This document shows, in pieces, positions 46,771-59,485 of a stretch of DNA of 64,000 nt. The stretch is from Lama glama (Eukaryota). The position numbers and the translations under genes were made by a program. A model generated the notes under the pieces. The model searched no databases. It saw nothing but the letters and a program-made list of their open reading frames with translations, and was not told the DNA's origin. Numbering within the stretch: position 1 is the first letter of the stretch; every line of letters starts with the position of its first letter. The stretch is from positions 47,742,001 to 47,806,000 of the forward strand of contig CM052818.1 of assembly GCA_028534125.1 (NCBI GenBank). The letters run 5' to 3'.

Positions 46771-49700
46771 AGAAGGATTAACAGAACTAATTAGTAGATC
46801 TCAAAGCAAAAAAAAATTTGGTTTGGATTTTTTTCCCCTGGAGTCCGGGTATCCATAGATAAATATCACTTAGAGTCATAACAAGATCTAGTTCAAGGTC
46901 AGTTACATTCCAATTTCTCATTTTTATAGACATAATAACTTTACTGCCTGTTGACTTAAGTAGATAGATGAGAGCAGATGGTGTTTTATAAAAATGAAAC
47001 TCAGCTCTTTGCACCTCTTCACATATATGCCAAAAGTCACATTGTCACCAAGTAAAAGCTAGTTTCAGTGATGAGGTGACAATTTAATCAGTGGGTCTTC
47101 CAACAAAAGAAAAGCGCTGGAAACCACCTGATCTGCAGCAGAATGAGTCACCAGGACACCGGACACTCAAGGCCCTGTTCTGAGAAGCACATCACACGAC
47201 GGACTAGGATCTGGAAACCGCTCAGTTGGGTTTGTTACTTCTTCCCTTAGAGGCACCTTTTTAAACCAAGACAACTCTCAGAAAGAATCTGAGAAAGGAT
47301 ATATTCATTCAATGCACCGGGCAATAGAAAATACCTTAACACACGATTTTGACATAACTATGTTTCGACTACATGCTTGTCCACATTATTTGCATATTTT
47401 GCTCCTTCCAATAACTTACGAGATGAAGACAGTCTTTCTTGTCAAACCAGTGAGCCAATCAGAACTCCTTTTTATCAGAAAAGTTCTTACCTTATTTTTA
47501 ATTTCAAGTAAGTGTATTGGTAGATAGACAGATCCATAGTCACTTGATAAACACTGAGAAATACATCATGGAACACACTCATAAAGTCAGTTACTAAAAT
47601 AAGGAAAGTCAGGATTAAAATGAGATTGAAGCAAGTCAGTTCTGTCATCCAGCTGAAAGTAAACCATAATGACCCGATACCACTGGTCTCCTCATTGATA
47701 TTTAATCAAGCAATGCAAATGCAGCCAAAGTCCTATGTATGGCAGGAGGCATCTTTCTTGGTCAATGTGTTGCTTGTGTTTGTGAAGCTCTGTTGTTAGG
47801 CCCTGGGGAATAACCACAGAAGCACTGTATTTTTTAAACGGCGGGGGAATTCCATTAATTTTGTGAAGTCACATGATCAAACTTTTCGACTCTTTTCTCT
47901 GCTTTCAATGTTTTCTTTGCATTGGAAGCACCACAGGGCCCAGTAAATCTGTCCAGGCCATTTTTCTTTTCTAACATCCTATCACTACCCTTCACAAACC
48001 CTAACGGTTCCCCAGGGGCCACAGGACAGAGTCTCACTCCAAATCTGCAGGGTCCAGCAGGAGTGGCCCGAGCACTCTTAACCAGCTTTCTCTCCACTCA
48101 GCGGTCTCGGCCGTGAGGGGTCCTGGTACTCAGCGCCCATTTCTCACAGCCTCAGTTCTGCTCTGCCCTAAGCTCATTTTGGGAGCCGGAGTTCCACCTC
48201 TTCTGCTTGTTAACATCAGTCAAGGAAAAACGCCAAAGCAGAGGCCCGCCCTGTGTCTCCTCTTCCATCCCTCCTGGACCAAGAACATGACCTTGCACAT
48301 AACTGATGCTCATTAAGTGCCTGCTGCTTGGCCCTTCTGGAGAAACCCGCACTGTCCGCAGGAGCAGGTCCCCGTTTTTCCTGGACCAGCGGTCCCACCG
48401 CTGCCAGAACTCGGGATGTGGGAACACCAAGAACACTTATGGAGGCTGACCCAGGAAACAGACTGGCTGGACAGCATGGCCCAGAGGACAGCGAGCTCTC
48501 TAAACAAACAAAAACAAGAACAAAAAATAAAATGAAACAAAGAAACTGCAACTGAGATAAATGTGGGAAGTTGTTATGATTTAGCAGAACCTTCTGCCAT
48601 AGAATCTCAGAGCAGCATCTTTATGTGTTTCTGCTTTTAAAAATATTGCTCGTGTAACCACCTCAGCCGCCCTGAAACCACAAGAACTAAAGCAGGGTAT
48701 TGCTATCTGCGATTCTAGTTAGTGTTTTAAATGACCTTTGCCTTAAAGCCTCACTGCCCCGGAGAAGGGCTGCACCAAGCCCGGCCGCCAGCTGCAGCTC
48801 CCCGGGCCGGCCCTGCCCCGCGCTGAATGCGGGCCAAGGCACCGTTACAGCTTCTTAACAGAAGATTTCTTTTCTTACCGATGACATTCTCCACTTAAAA
48901 AAAAAAAGAAAGAAAAGAAAACTGTCTTTCAGATTTAGCTACTTCAATCACAGAAATGTGAATCGGGGCTGGTTTGCATTCTATGAAGGCTGCTTCGCTT
49001 TATAAATCCTAAACATTTAAAAATATCTTTGCTTGCTCTGGAATGTCATTTTCTGGTATTTTGGCTTCTTCAACATGAATCTTTTGTGCTTGTGAAGCCA
49101 TTTCAGTTCTTGGAATTTGCTGGAGACAGATTCCCAAACAGACTGTCATGAGAGGTGACTGTGGGCAGATTCTGGGAGGAATGCACCATTCCCTGGCCTT
49201 GCCCTGCATTTTTCCAGGTGCTTTAATGTCTCCCTCAGACCTGAGGAGACTCGATATACCTCTGGACCAGGAAATGTACTGCAGAGAAAGATGCAAAAAC
49301 TTTAAAATGTTTAAAAAACAAACAAACAAACAAACAAAAAAAACACAGCGTCCAAGGCATTTGGAGAAGAGGAGGAGCAGTTTCAAATCTCAGTTGTCAC
49401 ATTTCCTCTTTCCTACTGCACGGATGGGACGGCCGCAGACTTCCCTCTGCCTCAGCAAAGAAAGGTGTCAGTAAGATATCAGCGACAAATTGCCAGCATC
49501 ACCGGAGGCGCACGTTGGTAATATTGGTATAGGGCTGGGGGTTCAATAAGATTTCTCAAGTAGGTCCTTTCAAAATGCAGGCAGTGAAAAGGCAAAGGGG
49601 GGTGATGAGGACCTGAGACTCAGGGGCAGGAACACTGGATTTAGGTTCCAAAAACGCCCAGACCTCCAGGTCCGCGCACATGTCAGCCCACTGCCTCCAT

Positions 49701-50119
49701 CTCTCCAGCCACTTCCTCCAGTGTCCCCAGCCAGACAGCACCGGCCCTCCCCCTGCACCTCCAGTCAAACCCATCCATCGCCCAGCCCGACCTCCTCCTC
49801 CCGCCGGCATCCTCTCCGCACGTCACGGTGCTCATCTTCACGTGACCGAGTCATCCCTCCCCTGCAGACGCTGTCACTCGGGTTTCTCTCTATTCAGCCA
49901 AACTGGAATTCCATTCTGGAGCTACTGTGTGTGGGCCTTCAGCTCCCCAGCTGAGCTCTCTAGAAACACACAGTCTCACCGATGGGGGCTTTCAGCCTGT
50001 GGCCAAGAGCTTCAGCTGGACTCTTACCGCTACCAGGTGATCTGGCCGCTCTGCGCCCCCCTCTCTAGAGGACTCCTCACTCCTTGTCTCCCCAGGCTGA
50101 CAAGCCCTCCAGCCGGTGA

Positions 50120-50572
50120 TGGAACAGGGAGGAGCAAATCTGACCCCACACTGTGTCTGCTTCTTTGCCTTTAACCTTTGTGTCCTGCTATAAGGTAACC
50201 GCTAAAGGGATGTGGCCCATCTCTGGGAAGCCTGCCTCCCAGGGGATGAGTGCTAAGATAAAACACCTTTGCTGAGCTCCCAGGGAACAGCCTGCCCAGG
50301 CCCGGCTGTGAGCGGCTGCAGGCAGGAAGCCCTTGACACCTGCCCTTGGGAGGCTGACTGGAACAGGAAGTGTTTGACTTCACTCCCTCCCCTTTGGGTA
50401 TAAAAGAAGCCTGAATTCTAGCTCAGGCAGGATGGCTCTTTGGGACACTAGTCCACCACCTCCTCGGTCTGCTGGCTTTCCAAACACAATCACTACTCCT
50501 TGTTCCAACAACTCACCTCTCGATTTACTGGCCTGCCGTGTGGCAAAAAGGACAAGCTGGGACTCGGTAACA
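50120..50572 (+). mobile_element. ERV1 solo LTR, MER41-like
   Basis: TG...CA termini (tggaacagggaggagcaaatctgacccca...gactcggtaaca), 4-bp TSD GTGA (50116-50119 / 50573-50576) and TATAAAA at 50399. Family name rests on recalled similarity to artiodactyl MER41-like consensus ends. Confidence 0.75.
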
Positions 50573-50599
50573 GTGACTTTATTTCCTACTTCACAACGG

Positions 50600-52365
50600 A
50601 AACATAAGCAATCAGAAGAAAACTCCTTTTCTGAGCGCCGCCACCCAGGCACCCATGTATCTGTCACAAGTCTGTCCCCATCAGTAACTACATTTGCTCT
50701 TCCCAAAGCAAACAAGCCCACTTGTACACAAGCACACCTCTCTCACCCACTCAAGAAACGGTTCCAGCCACGCTCTGTCCAACATTACCAATTTTTACTC
50801 TCTGTTGAATCATTCCCATTGGCATATAAATAATGCTAATGCTTCCAACTACAAACTAATTCTCCTGGCCTGAATCGCCCACCAGACACCACCCACATCC
50901 TGCTCCCCTTTGCAGCAAAGCCTCTGTCCCAGGTCCGCTCCCCACACCGTTCCCTCCACACCCACTCCCACTGGGTTTGGTTGCCACAGCCGCAGGACCC
51001 ACCTGATATTTTGCTGTTTTTACCAAAGCCACCAGTGACCTGCATGGTGCTGATCCAAGAGTCGGTTCTCAGTCCTCCCCCACCTGCGCATCCCCACACT
51101 GGACACAGCCCATCACTTCCTCCTTCTCAAGTGATTTCATGTGGCTCCCAAGATGCGCACCCCTGGTCCTCCCCTGCCCCCCTGGGGGTTGCCTTGAACT
51201 CCGTCACTGGCTTTTCCTCTTCCCTTGCTCCCCACATGGGAGGGAAGTCCCAGGGGCCGATCCTGAGCACTCTTCTCTCCCTGGGGCTCTCATCTGACCT
51301 TACTCCTTTAAATACCCATCACGAGCCAAGGATCCCACCGTATCTCCAGCTCGGATTACCACCTTCAACTACAGATCTGGGTATGCCTGCCCACCCAGCA
51401 TCTCCGTGTGGGTATCTTATAACCTCTAGCTCAGTCTGCTCAGAACTGAGCTTCTCACCTCTTTCTGCACCAAACCCTCTCTGCCTGCAGACTTCTCCAT
51501 CACAGTTGCTCACAACTCCCTCTAGGTACACATGCTGAAGTCCTCGCCTTCTAGGATGGACCTTCCCTTCTTCTCAAGTCCCACGGCCATTCTGCCTTCA
51601 GGGCTCTACCTCCAAAATATGCCCAGAATGGGAGCTCGCTTCACGACTTCCGCTGCCACCAGAGGAGCAAGACACCACGATCGCCTGTCTGAATTACCAA
51701 CAACTCTGAGTGCTCTCCCGGTCCACACCCCCCATCCTGCACGCGCTGCATTCTGTCCACATCCATGCCAGCATGAGCCTATTACCATGGACCCTGTCCC
51801 TCCTCTGCTTAAAACCCTGCACTGATTTCCTACCACAAAACCTGGAATTCTACCCAAAGGTCCACAGAGCCAAGTGCACGGTCAGGTTTCTGTTACCTCC
51901 TGACCGCACCTCCCTGCTACCCTGTACCCTTGGTGTTTTTCCAAGATTCTGGGATGCACAGACCCGACTCTGGGCCTTCGCACCCACTTTCCCTTCTAAC
52001 TACAGTTCTCTTGTCCCAGACTCTAAACGCCTAGTTCCCCTAGTGCCTTAAATCCATGTCCGGATGTCAGCTTTTTACTGAGATCTCCCGGAGCACTGGA
52101 TTTCAAACTCCACCCGTCTACACTCAGTTGCTTTGTATCTTCTCTGCAACACTTACGCCTGGCAATCAAACATACCATTTCCCTGTGGCGTGTATGCAGT
52201 CTGTCTCTCGGTGCCGGTCCTTAACCTCCCCACTCACGTCCCCGCTAACCCAGAGTCACCACGAGAGCAGCCTGCGTCTGCCATGCTCACCCCGCGTCCC
52301 GAGTCAGAACAGCGCCTGGCACAGCGCAGGTGCCCCATCCACGTGTTCTGGGTGGATTCATGAAT
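50600..52365 (+). mobile_element. L2 LINE remnant (probably continues left of the LTR to about 49600)
   Basis: Pyrimidine-rich L2-like body (cctttaaataccca...cagaactgagctt...ctacctccaaaatat...cctctgcttaaaaccctgc) ending in the L2 3' motif agaacagcgcctggcacagcgcaggtgccccatcc...tgaat. Confidence 0.72.
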
Positions 52366-53319
52366 CCTAGGCCTTATGGACGTCACTGTGACCTTCCAAG
52401 CCCGTTTCCTGGACTACGAGCTGAGGCCAGCAACATCAACCCCACAGGGTTGCCATGGTCAGGAAATGAGGACCCGTGCGGAAATCTTTGTAAAATATTT
52501 TACAATTTTTGTAAAGTTATTAATAGTAAAATAATTACTATAATTGCTTAACCTAATGTGTTCAGGACCATCCTTAAAATTCTTTCAGAGGAGGCGAAGT
52601 AGGTAACTGCGTACATAGTGTGATTTAAGAGATACAGAGAAACCCATCCAGGAGGGTCTATGGTCTTCCCAGGCAATGGCTTGAGATTCCACTAAGACCT
52701 AAATGAGGGTTTTCGAGCCTTTGTTTTCCAAACTCAATGTTACCTCCGAGAAGTCCTGACGGGAGGAGAGGAACGGTCTTCTGGTCAAGTCCCGGGGTCC
52801 TGGGGGGCGTCCGTGCTCTCAGCTGGCTCCCCCGCTCATGGCCGGCCGCCCGTCGGGAGAAGCGCGGTCTCTGGCCCTGGGGTCCCTCCAGATCTGGGGG
52901 TGGGAAGGGTACCAGGCTCAGCGGGGTGCCGGGCACCTGGGAAACAGGAGAGGGTCACAGGAGCTCAGAGAGCAGGTCTGGGGGGAGGGCGGCTGAGACT
53001 GTCATGCAGACTTAGCACCCCCAGCCTGCGTCCCCCACGTCTCCAAGCCGGGAGGGGAAGCTGCTGATATAACCACTAGAAATTTTATCACATCTATGTT
53101 TGGAAAGCATCCCAGTTCACTGAGATTTATGGAATAAATAACCAAATTCCACCAAGAAGGTCACAGATAAACCCACCAACATAGACAAGTCTCAGGTGAC
53201 AAAGTGCCCCGGGGTCTCCCTTTCTGTCCTCCTCCTCTTCCAACCACAGCTGTTCACGTTTGCCCCAATGGGACTCCGACAGGGAGAGGTTTAGGTCCAG
53301 GAAAAGCTTAAAAATAAGG

Positions 53320-55295
53320 CGAGATCACGCTAACTGTAATCCCCAGGGCAAGCACTAAGAAGATAACTGAAAAATGTATAAAACGATGAACAACAGCAGA
53401 ATTACAATGGCACGCTCGTAAAAGAAAACAAAACAGAAGAATAAAGGATCACAAAAGACACAACACCCACGGGGGAAAAAAATAGCAAACTGGCAGACAT
53501 ACATTCTACCTGATCAGTAATTACACTGAAAGGTCTAAACACTCCAGTCAAAAGGCAGAAATCGGTACAATGGACAAAAAAATGTATGTTGTTAGAAGAA
53601 ACCCACTTCAGAAAAGCATCAAAAAGAATAAAATGCTTATAAATAAATGTAAAAGGATACGCAAGACTTGTACGTTGAAGACTACCAAAACCTCATTACA
53701 AGAAATCAAAAACAATAAAGAGAAAGATATCCTGTGCTCATGGGCTGGAGGGCAGTATTGTTAAAAGGCAGCAATGCTCCCCTAATTGATCTGCAGACTC
53801 AATGCAATCTATATTAAAATCCTCACTTTCTTTTTTGCAGAAATTGACAAGCTGATCCTAAAATTCGTACAGAAAGCCAAGACAACGCATATAGCCAAAA
53901 GAACCCTGACAAAGAAAAGCAAAATTGGAGAATTCATACTTCCTACTGTCAAAAGAAACATTTAAAAAGCTATGCCTTCAAATTAGTGTAATATGGACAT
54001 AAGCACAGACGTACAGAGCAACGGTTTAGACTCAACAGCCCAGAAATAAACCCAGACGTTTATGGTTAATTGATTCTTTTTTCCAAGAGTGCCAGAGTGT
54101 AAATGACAGCTTTTCAACAAACGGTACCAACATTCAAGAAATGAGTCTCTACACAGACCTTCCACCTTTCACAAAAATTAACTCGAAAATGAGTTATAGA
54201 CCTAAATACCAGGGCGAAAATTATAAACCTCTTGGCAGGAAACACAGCAGTAAGTCCTTGTGACCTTAGATTAGGCACTAGTTTCTTGGACATGTTGTCC
54301 AAAGCACAAACAACAAAAGGAAAAAAGACAAACTGGGACTCCATCAAAATTTTAAAATTCTGTGTGTTATCATACACCACCAACAAAGTAAAACCAAACC
54401 AAAGAAGGGTAGAAAATATATACAAATCACATATTTGATAAGGACTTTGTATCCAGATTATATACAGAACACCTTCAAATCAGCAATAAAAAGACAACCC
54501 AAATTTTTTCAGTGGGCAAAAGATTTCAATAGACATTTCTCTAAAACAGTTATCCCAGTGTACAATAATCACATTCAAAAACGCTCAGCAGGGTGACTCG
54601 ATTAGGGAAAGGCAAATCAAAACCATGACGAAGCACCACGCCCCCTGCGCCAGGATGACTAGAGTCCAAGACAGAGGATTAGACGTGCAGGTGCGGTGTG
54701 GAGGACGCTGAGCCTCACCATCACTGCTGGGACCCAGAGTGTTGCAGCGGCTCTGGGAGACTGTGTGGCAGCTCCTCCCAGCGTTGAACCTGGAGTCACA
54801 GACGACCCAGCGATTCCACACCCAGGCACACGCCCAAGAGGACGGGAAATAAATGTCCACACAGAAACCTGCGTGTGAATATGCACAGGGCAGCGTGGTT
54901 CCAAAGTGCCGAAAAGCAGAAGCAACCCTAATGCCCATCAACCGGCGACTGTGAAAACAAGACGCGGTGGGTCCCCATGGTGGGTTTGGAACAAAGCACT
55001 GAGGCACGACACGGTAAGGATGGACCACGGACACATCAGGCCAAGCAAAGCAGGTCAGACGCGGAAGGCCACACACTGCAGGAAAGTGTGCATATGGAAT
55101 GTCCACAACAGGCAACCCCACACACAGGCAGAAACAGGTCCGCGGGCTCCAGGGGTTCGGGAAAGAACTGAACACGTTCCAGAACTGGGTGGTGGTGATG
55201 CTCGTACGTGACGACACCCTGAAAACCGCAGGGTCATATATTTCAACATGGTGAATGTTATACTGTGTGAATTCTATCTCAGTGACATTATTATC
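53320..55295 (+). mobile_element. Ancient L1 (L1MB-like) with an internal deletion: ORF2 start, ORF2 end, 3' UTR
   Basis: ggtctaaacactccagtcaaaaggcaga (endonuclease start) jumps to late ORF2 (gcagaaattgacaagctgatcctaaaattc...cccagaaataaaccc...gggcaaaagatttcaatagacatttctc) and ends catggtgaatgttatactgtgtgaattctatctcag. Confidence 0.85.
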
Positions 55296-58174
55296 AAAAC
55301 ATACACACATCCACGGGAGAAAATGTAAAGGCATAGTAACGCCAGAATTTCCCCGGCTCCCTCTGCGCAAGTGCAATATTTGCTCATCAGAAAAGCAATG
55401 CCAGCCTCTGAACCTGGCTTATTTTTAAGCATCTCTGGTCGGGAAGCAAAGAACAAAATCAATCCTGTCCTTCCAGTCACTTCAAAGTGGGGTATCTGAG
55501 AGCGGCAGATGTTTCCATCCGAGCAGACGTGAGACACATCCCAATGGAAAACTGCGCGCATCCCCTGGGTGGCTAGGCTCTCCTCGTGCGCTTTTACTAA
55601 AATGACAAGCTTTGCCTGCAGGCGGCCTGAGCAAGTGAGTTCTTCTCCTGCAAAGCTCAGGACCAGCTCCTGAAGTCCACGGCCTTGCACGTGGAGGCTG
55701 AGAGCTCCGAGTGACCTCGCCCCTGGCCCGGCCCCTGCCCGGAGCAGCCCTCTCCCCCTGCAGAAAGCGCCTCCTCCATCCCAAAGCATCAAGGTACCCA
55801 CTCCAGAAAATGTGATCCTGGGTTTTGCACATCTTTTCTCTGCCTTTGCTTGGCAATACATTTTAATCCTTCAAACAAAAGATAATACCACACAGTCTCT
55901 TTTACTGTGTTTCGGCCATTGTCCCCAGGTCTGAAAAGCCAGTGAATAGAATTATAATCTGTAGCGAGAAAGAAAAGCTCTCCACGAGCTGGTACACTGA
56001 CAGTAGTAGACCTTTTTAGCCGCATTATTGAAAGGTTTACAAGGAAAGGCTGCAGGCTGGGCCCCTCTGCGCAGAGCTGTGCTGTGAGCCTGTGCCTTTG
56101 CAGTCTGCCGGCAGCTTGCAAAGCCCCCCAGCCCACCTTCCAGAGCCCTGCCCAGGGGGCTGCTGTGCTCTGGCTTTGCCTGGGCACCACCAACAGGCAT
56201 GAGTGAAAGCATTGAAGTTCTTCACTCGCACATTTACTACAAGCGGTGGCCGCCTCCAGCCAGGGCTCCGACCTCCGGGTGCTCAACTCCGCCCTCCCTG
56301 GGGCCCTGCTCACAGAGCTGCGCAGAGTGTGAGCGGTCAGTCCCCGCCCCACCTCCCCACGAGCCCAGCTAGTTTTAGTGCCTGACGCTGCAGAGAACCA
56401 GGGGTGCACGTGGTGGGTTTTAGCAGAAACACCTATAGTCAATGTTCATCTATTATTACCCTTTTTTTCTTTTTTGCATCCTTACCATCTGCTGAGATGC
56501 TGGGTAGGAATGAATGGATCTGACATGATCCTGCTCTCAGGGAGACCAGACTGGGTAGCAGTCTTTATGCCCACACATTACTCTCTGAGTGATTAAACAT
56601 GAAAAAAAAAAAACCAACAAAAAAAACACTACTGTTTGTCCCCTGAAGCAAATGTGATGCACTGCAGCCTAGGACCAGGCTTCTTGTCTTCCAGACTTAA
56701 GCTCTTCTGGAATCCCAATTTCATTCTAATAGAATTGAATCAGTTCACCCCTTTATATGAACAGGGCTGCAACATCAGATTGTGAACAAAGGACTCAACT
56801 GTTTGGATACCCTCAGAGCCAAACTGGTGCAAAAATCTGCATTAAAGAAATTATTTCACTCATTTGCTTCTTTCACCAATTATACGTACTTCAATATATA
56901 AATGGATCTGATTAGTGAGTTATATGTAAGATTATTCCCTGTTAAATTAGTTCACCAAGCAAAGAACAGCTGGGATCACTAAAATAACAAGGTTTATGAG
57001 AAAAAACTGAGGTTAGAGATAATCACTCAAAACCTTTAGGGCTTTGTAAAATACAGACACAGACATACTATAGATATGTACACACACACACACACACACG
57101 TATGCTTAGATCCATACTGCAGGACTGCGGGGCCTGCTGAGAGAGCACTGTGGTCAGAACCAGGGCCAAGCACTCCCCCAGCCCCACAGAGCAGCTCGGG
57201 TGCAGGTGCACAACAGCAGGAAACTGGACTCAGCCAAAGCCGTGTTTTGTCCGGTGATTAGGAGAGTGGGAGAAAGGACTGCATTTCAGGAAAAAAAGGA
57301 CTGAGGACATAAAGGTGGCAGGGAGCACTGAAAAGGAAGTAGGGCTGGCGATCCCGTGGGGATGAAGTATTTCTGAAGACCAGGAGCAAAAGGATTAGGG
57401 GCAATGAGGAAGGATGGTGATCAGAGCGGGTACTGGATGTCGGATGTCAGCATAACCGGGTATCGTTCTGGAACGTGTTGATGACAGAACACTGCGTAGC
57501 GTTCTTTGTAAAAGTGAAAACTGGAAAGTGACTTAAATGCCCATCAAGAGGGACACATTGAGTAAATAAGACTTGTCCTCCATACAAGTAAAGGACCTGG
57601 ACCTCTAATTATTGGTATGAAGAGATGTCTAAGACATAACAGCAAATACAAAGGCGTAAAACAAGACATTGTATATATCCAAATTGTGAACATACATTTA
57701 AGTTATACACTCACACACACACACAATTTTTCTATAAGAATGTAGAAAAGAAAAAACCGGTAAATCTTCCGTATGTACTTAAAGAAATCTCACTCTTCAT
57801 TTTAGTCCTAATTGAACATTTATTTTTAATTTCTGCATTTATAACTCTAAGTTTTTAGAACTGAAGATTTTTGATGTCGTATATTATCCATAAGATACTA
57901 AACACTGAGAGAAAGTAATCATTTTTCTTTGGCCTCACAAAAGGACCTCGTAAGTGGAACACACTGCAGACTCTGAATTACAGTCCTTCCAAAATGCCCC
58001 ATTGCTTTGCGTTCCAGGTTCCTTGAAGCAAATCCTTAGAGCAGCCTGACTTGGGCACAAGGATTAGAATTAGTGGAGGCTCTTGCTTCTTCCTCTCTCT
58101 CCATAATGAATGGGGATTGAGACTCAGCTAATGAGCACAGACTCCAGCTCACAGAGAGAGATCCTCCCACTTAC

Positions 58175-58404
58175 CTGCAATTCCATACACACGAGGACAC
58201 AAAAGAGGTCCGAGGGCAATCCTTCTACTCTCCCAAGCTTCCGATTTCCAAATCAAGAACTGTCTTTTGGTTGCTGCTGACCTTGCAAGTTCAAGAATTC
58301 AAATTCAGAAATTTTAATTCAAGAATCCATGTGGCTCTCTGTGCGTTTCAGCATTTGCAGCCACAGTAAGTGGAGGTTTTCGTGTGTGTGGCTGCTTGAC
58401 TCTG
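58175..58404 (-). other. Candidate upstream non-coding (5' UTR) exon of RNF144A; acceptor uncertain
   Basis: Consensus donor TTGCAG|GTAAGT at 58175/58174 in unique sequence about 51.5 kb upstream of the coding exon. Possible acceptors: ctattcaTAG|CAG| (exon start 58404 or 58401) or ttttattttcccccAG| (exon start 58552). No transcript evidence available. Confidence 0.4.
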
Positions 58405-59189
58405 CTATGAATAGAGGTCTTGTCCGGCTTCTATAAAGCCATCTCTGTCTACGGGCATTGTACGCTAACAGTCCTACACACTGGGGGCCAGAGGGACCCA
58501 CAGTCATCCCTTTAGAGTTGTCCTGCAGCTAGTGATTTCACATTTGTCTTCTCTGGGGGAAAATAAAACACATTCTTCAGCAATGGAGATATCTGTCAGA
58601 TTATAGCTATGGAACAGATTCATTGGCTCATTAACTATCAATTAATTAAATGAGTTTCCTTTTCAATTCTCTTGTTGTGATAAAAGGCATTTGGCTAATA
58701 CCATCATCCTTGAGTCTAAGAAATGACTCATAAAAATGAAGCTAATTCTTAGGCTTAAACTTGCTCACAAAGAGCTGATTGATTTGCCTAACTGGATACT
58801 GAACTAGGCACAAATTAAGCAGCTTGTTATAGCAGAGGCATTACTGCAGGGGAAAAAAAATAGTTTATTTAGAAGGATGAGATAAAACACACCTCAACTT
58901 GAAAGAACTTAGAAATTAATTCCTTTGACTATGTAGCTTTGAAAAGGAATAAGGTAGATGTTTATGTGCTGATAAGGACAAAGCTCCAAATTAAGTAGGA
59001 AAAAAGAGCAATATGCAGCATTTTCCAAAAAAGGAGATGAGGGGACTGGTGTGAAAGTATATGTAAGAAACTGACAGCAGATGCCTCTGGTTCAGGAGAC
59101 AAACAGCCTGGGGGCAGAGGGAAGAAGTGCTTTGTAATGTAAAAGTTTTTGCACTGCTAGGCTTTTGAATTTTTAATGTACTATATGTA

Positions 59190-59485
59190 TTTTTTATTGA
59201 GGTGAAATTCACATAATACAAAATTACCCATTTTAAAATTCACAATTGAGTGCATTTAGTGCATTCACTATGCTGCGCAGGCAGAAATCTATGAAGTTGC
59301 AAGGGATTCCCATCGCCCCCAAATAAAACCATCTCCCACCAAGCAGCTGATCTCTACTCCCATCCGCTCTGTCCCTGGCAGCCAGAAATCTGCTTCGTGT
59401 CCCTGTGGTTTCACCTATTCTAGATATTTCATATAAATGAAATCATACAATCGGTGACCTTTTGTGTCTGAGTTCTTTCTTTTGT
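59190..59485 (-). mobile_element. Old L1 (L1MB-like) 3' end, minus strand
   Basis: tttattgaggtgaaattcacataatacaaaattacccatttta...ctattctagatatttcatataaatgaaatcatacaa is an antisense L1 3' UTR. Confidence 0.8.

Noticed and set aside
54585..55376. 263-aa minus-strand ORF
   Set aside because: Antisense read of a GC-drifted L1 3' region that lost stop codons through composition.
55616..55868. Alternative candidate RNF144A 5' UTR exon (acceptor tcttttgtttgaag at 55870-55869)
   Set aside because: The acceptor is plausible but I found no convincing GT donor, only a weak CAG|GCAAAG. Not supportable without transcripts.
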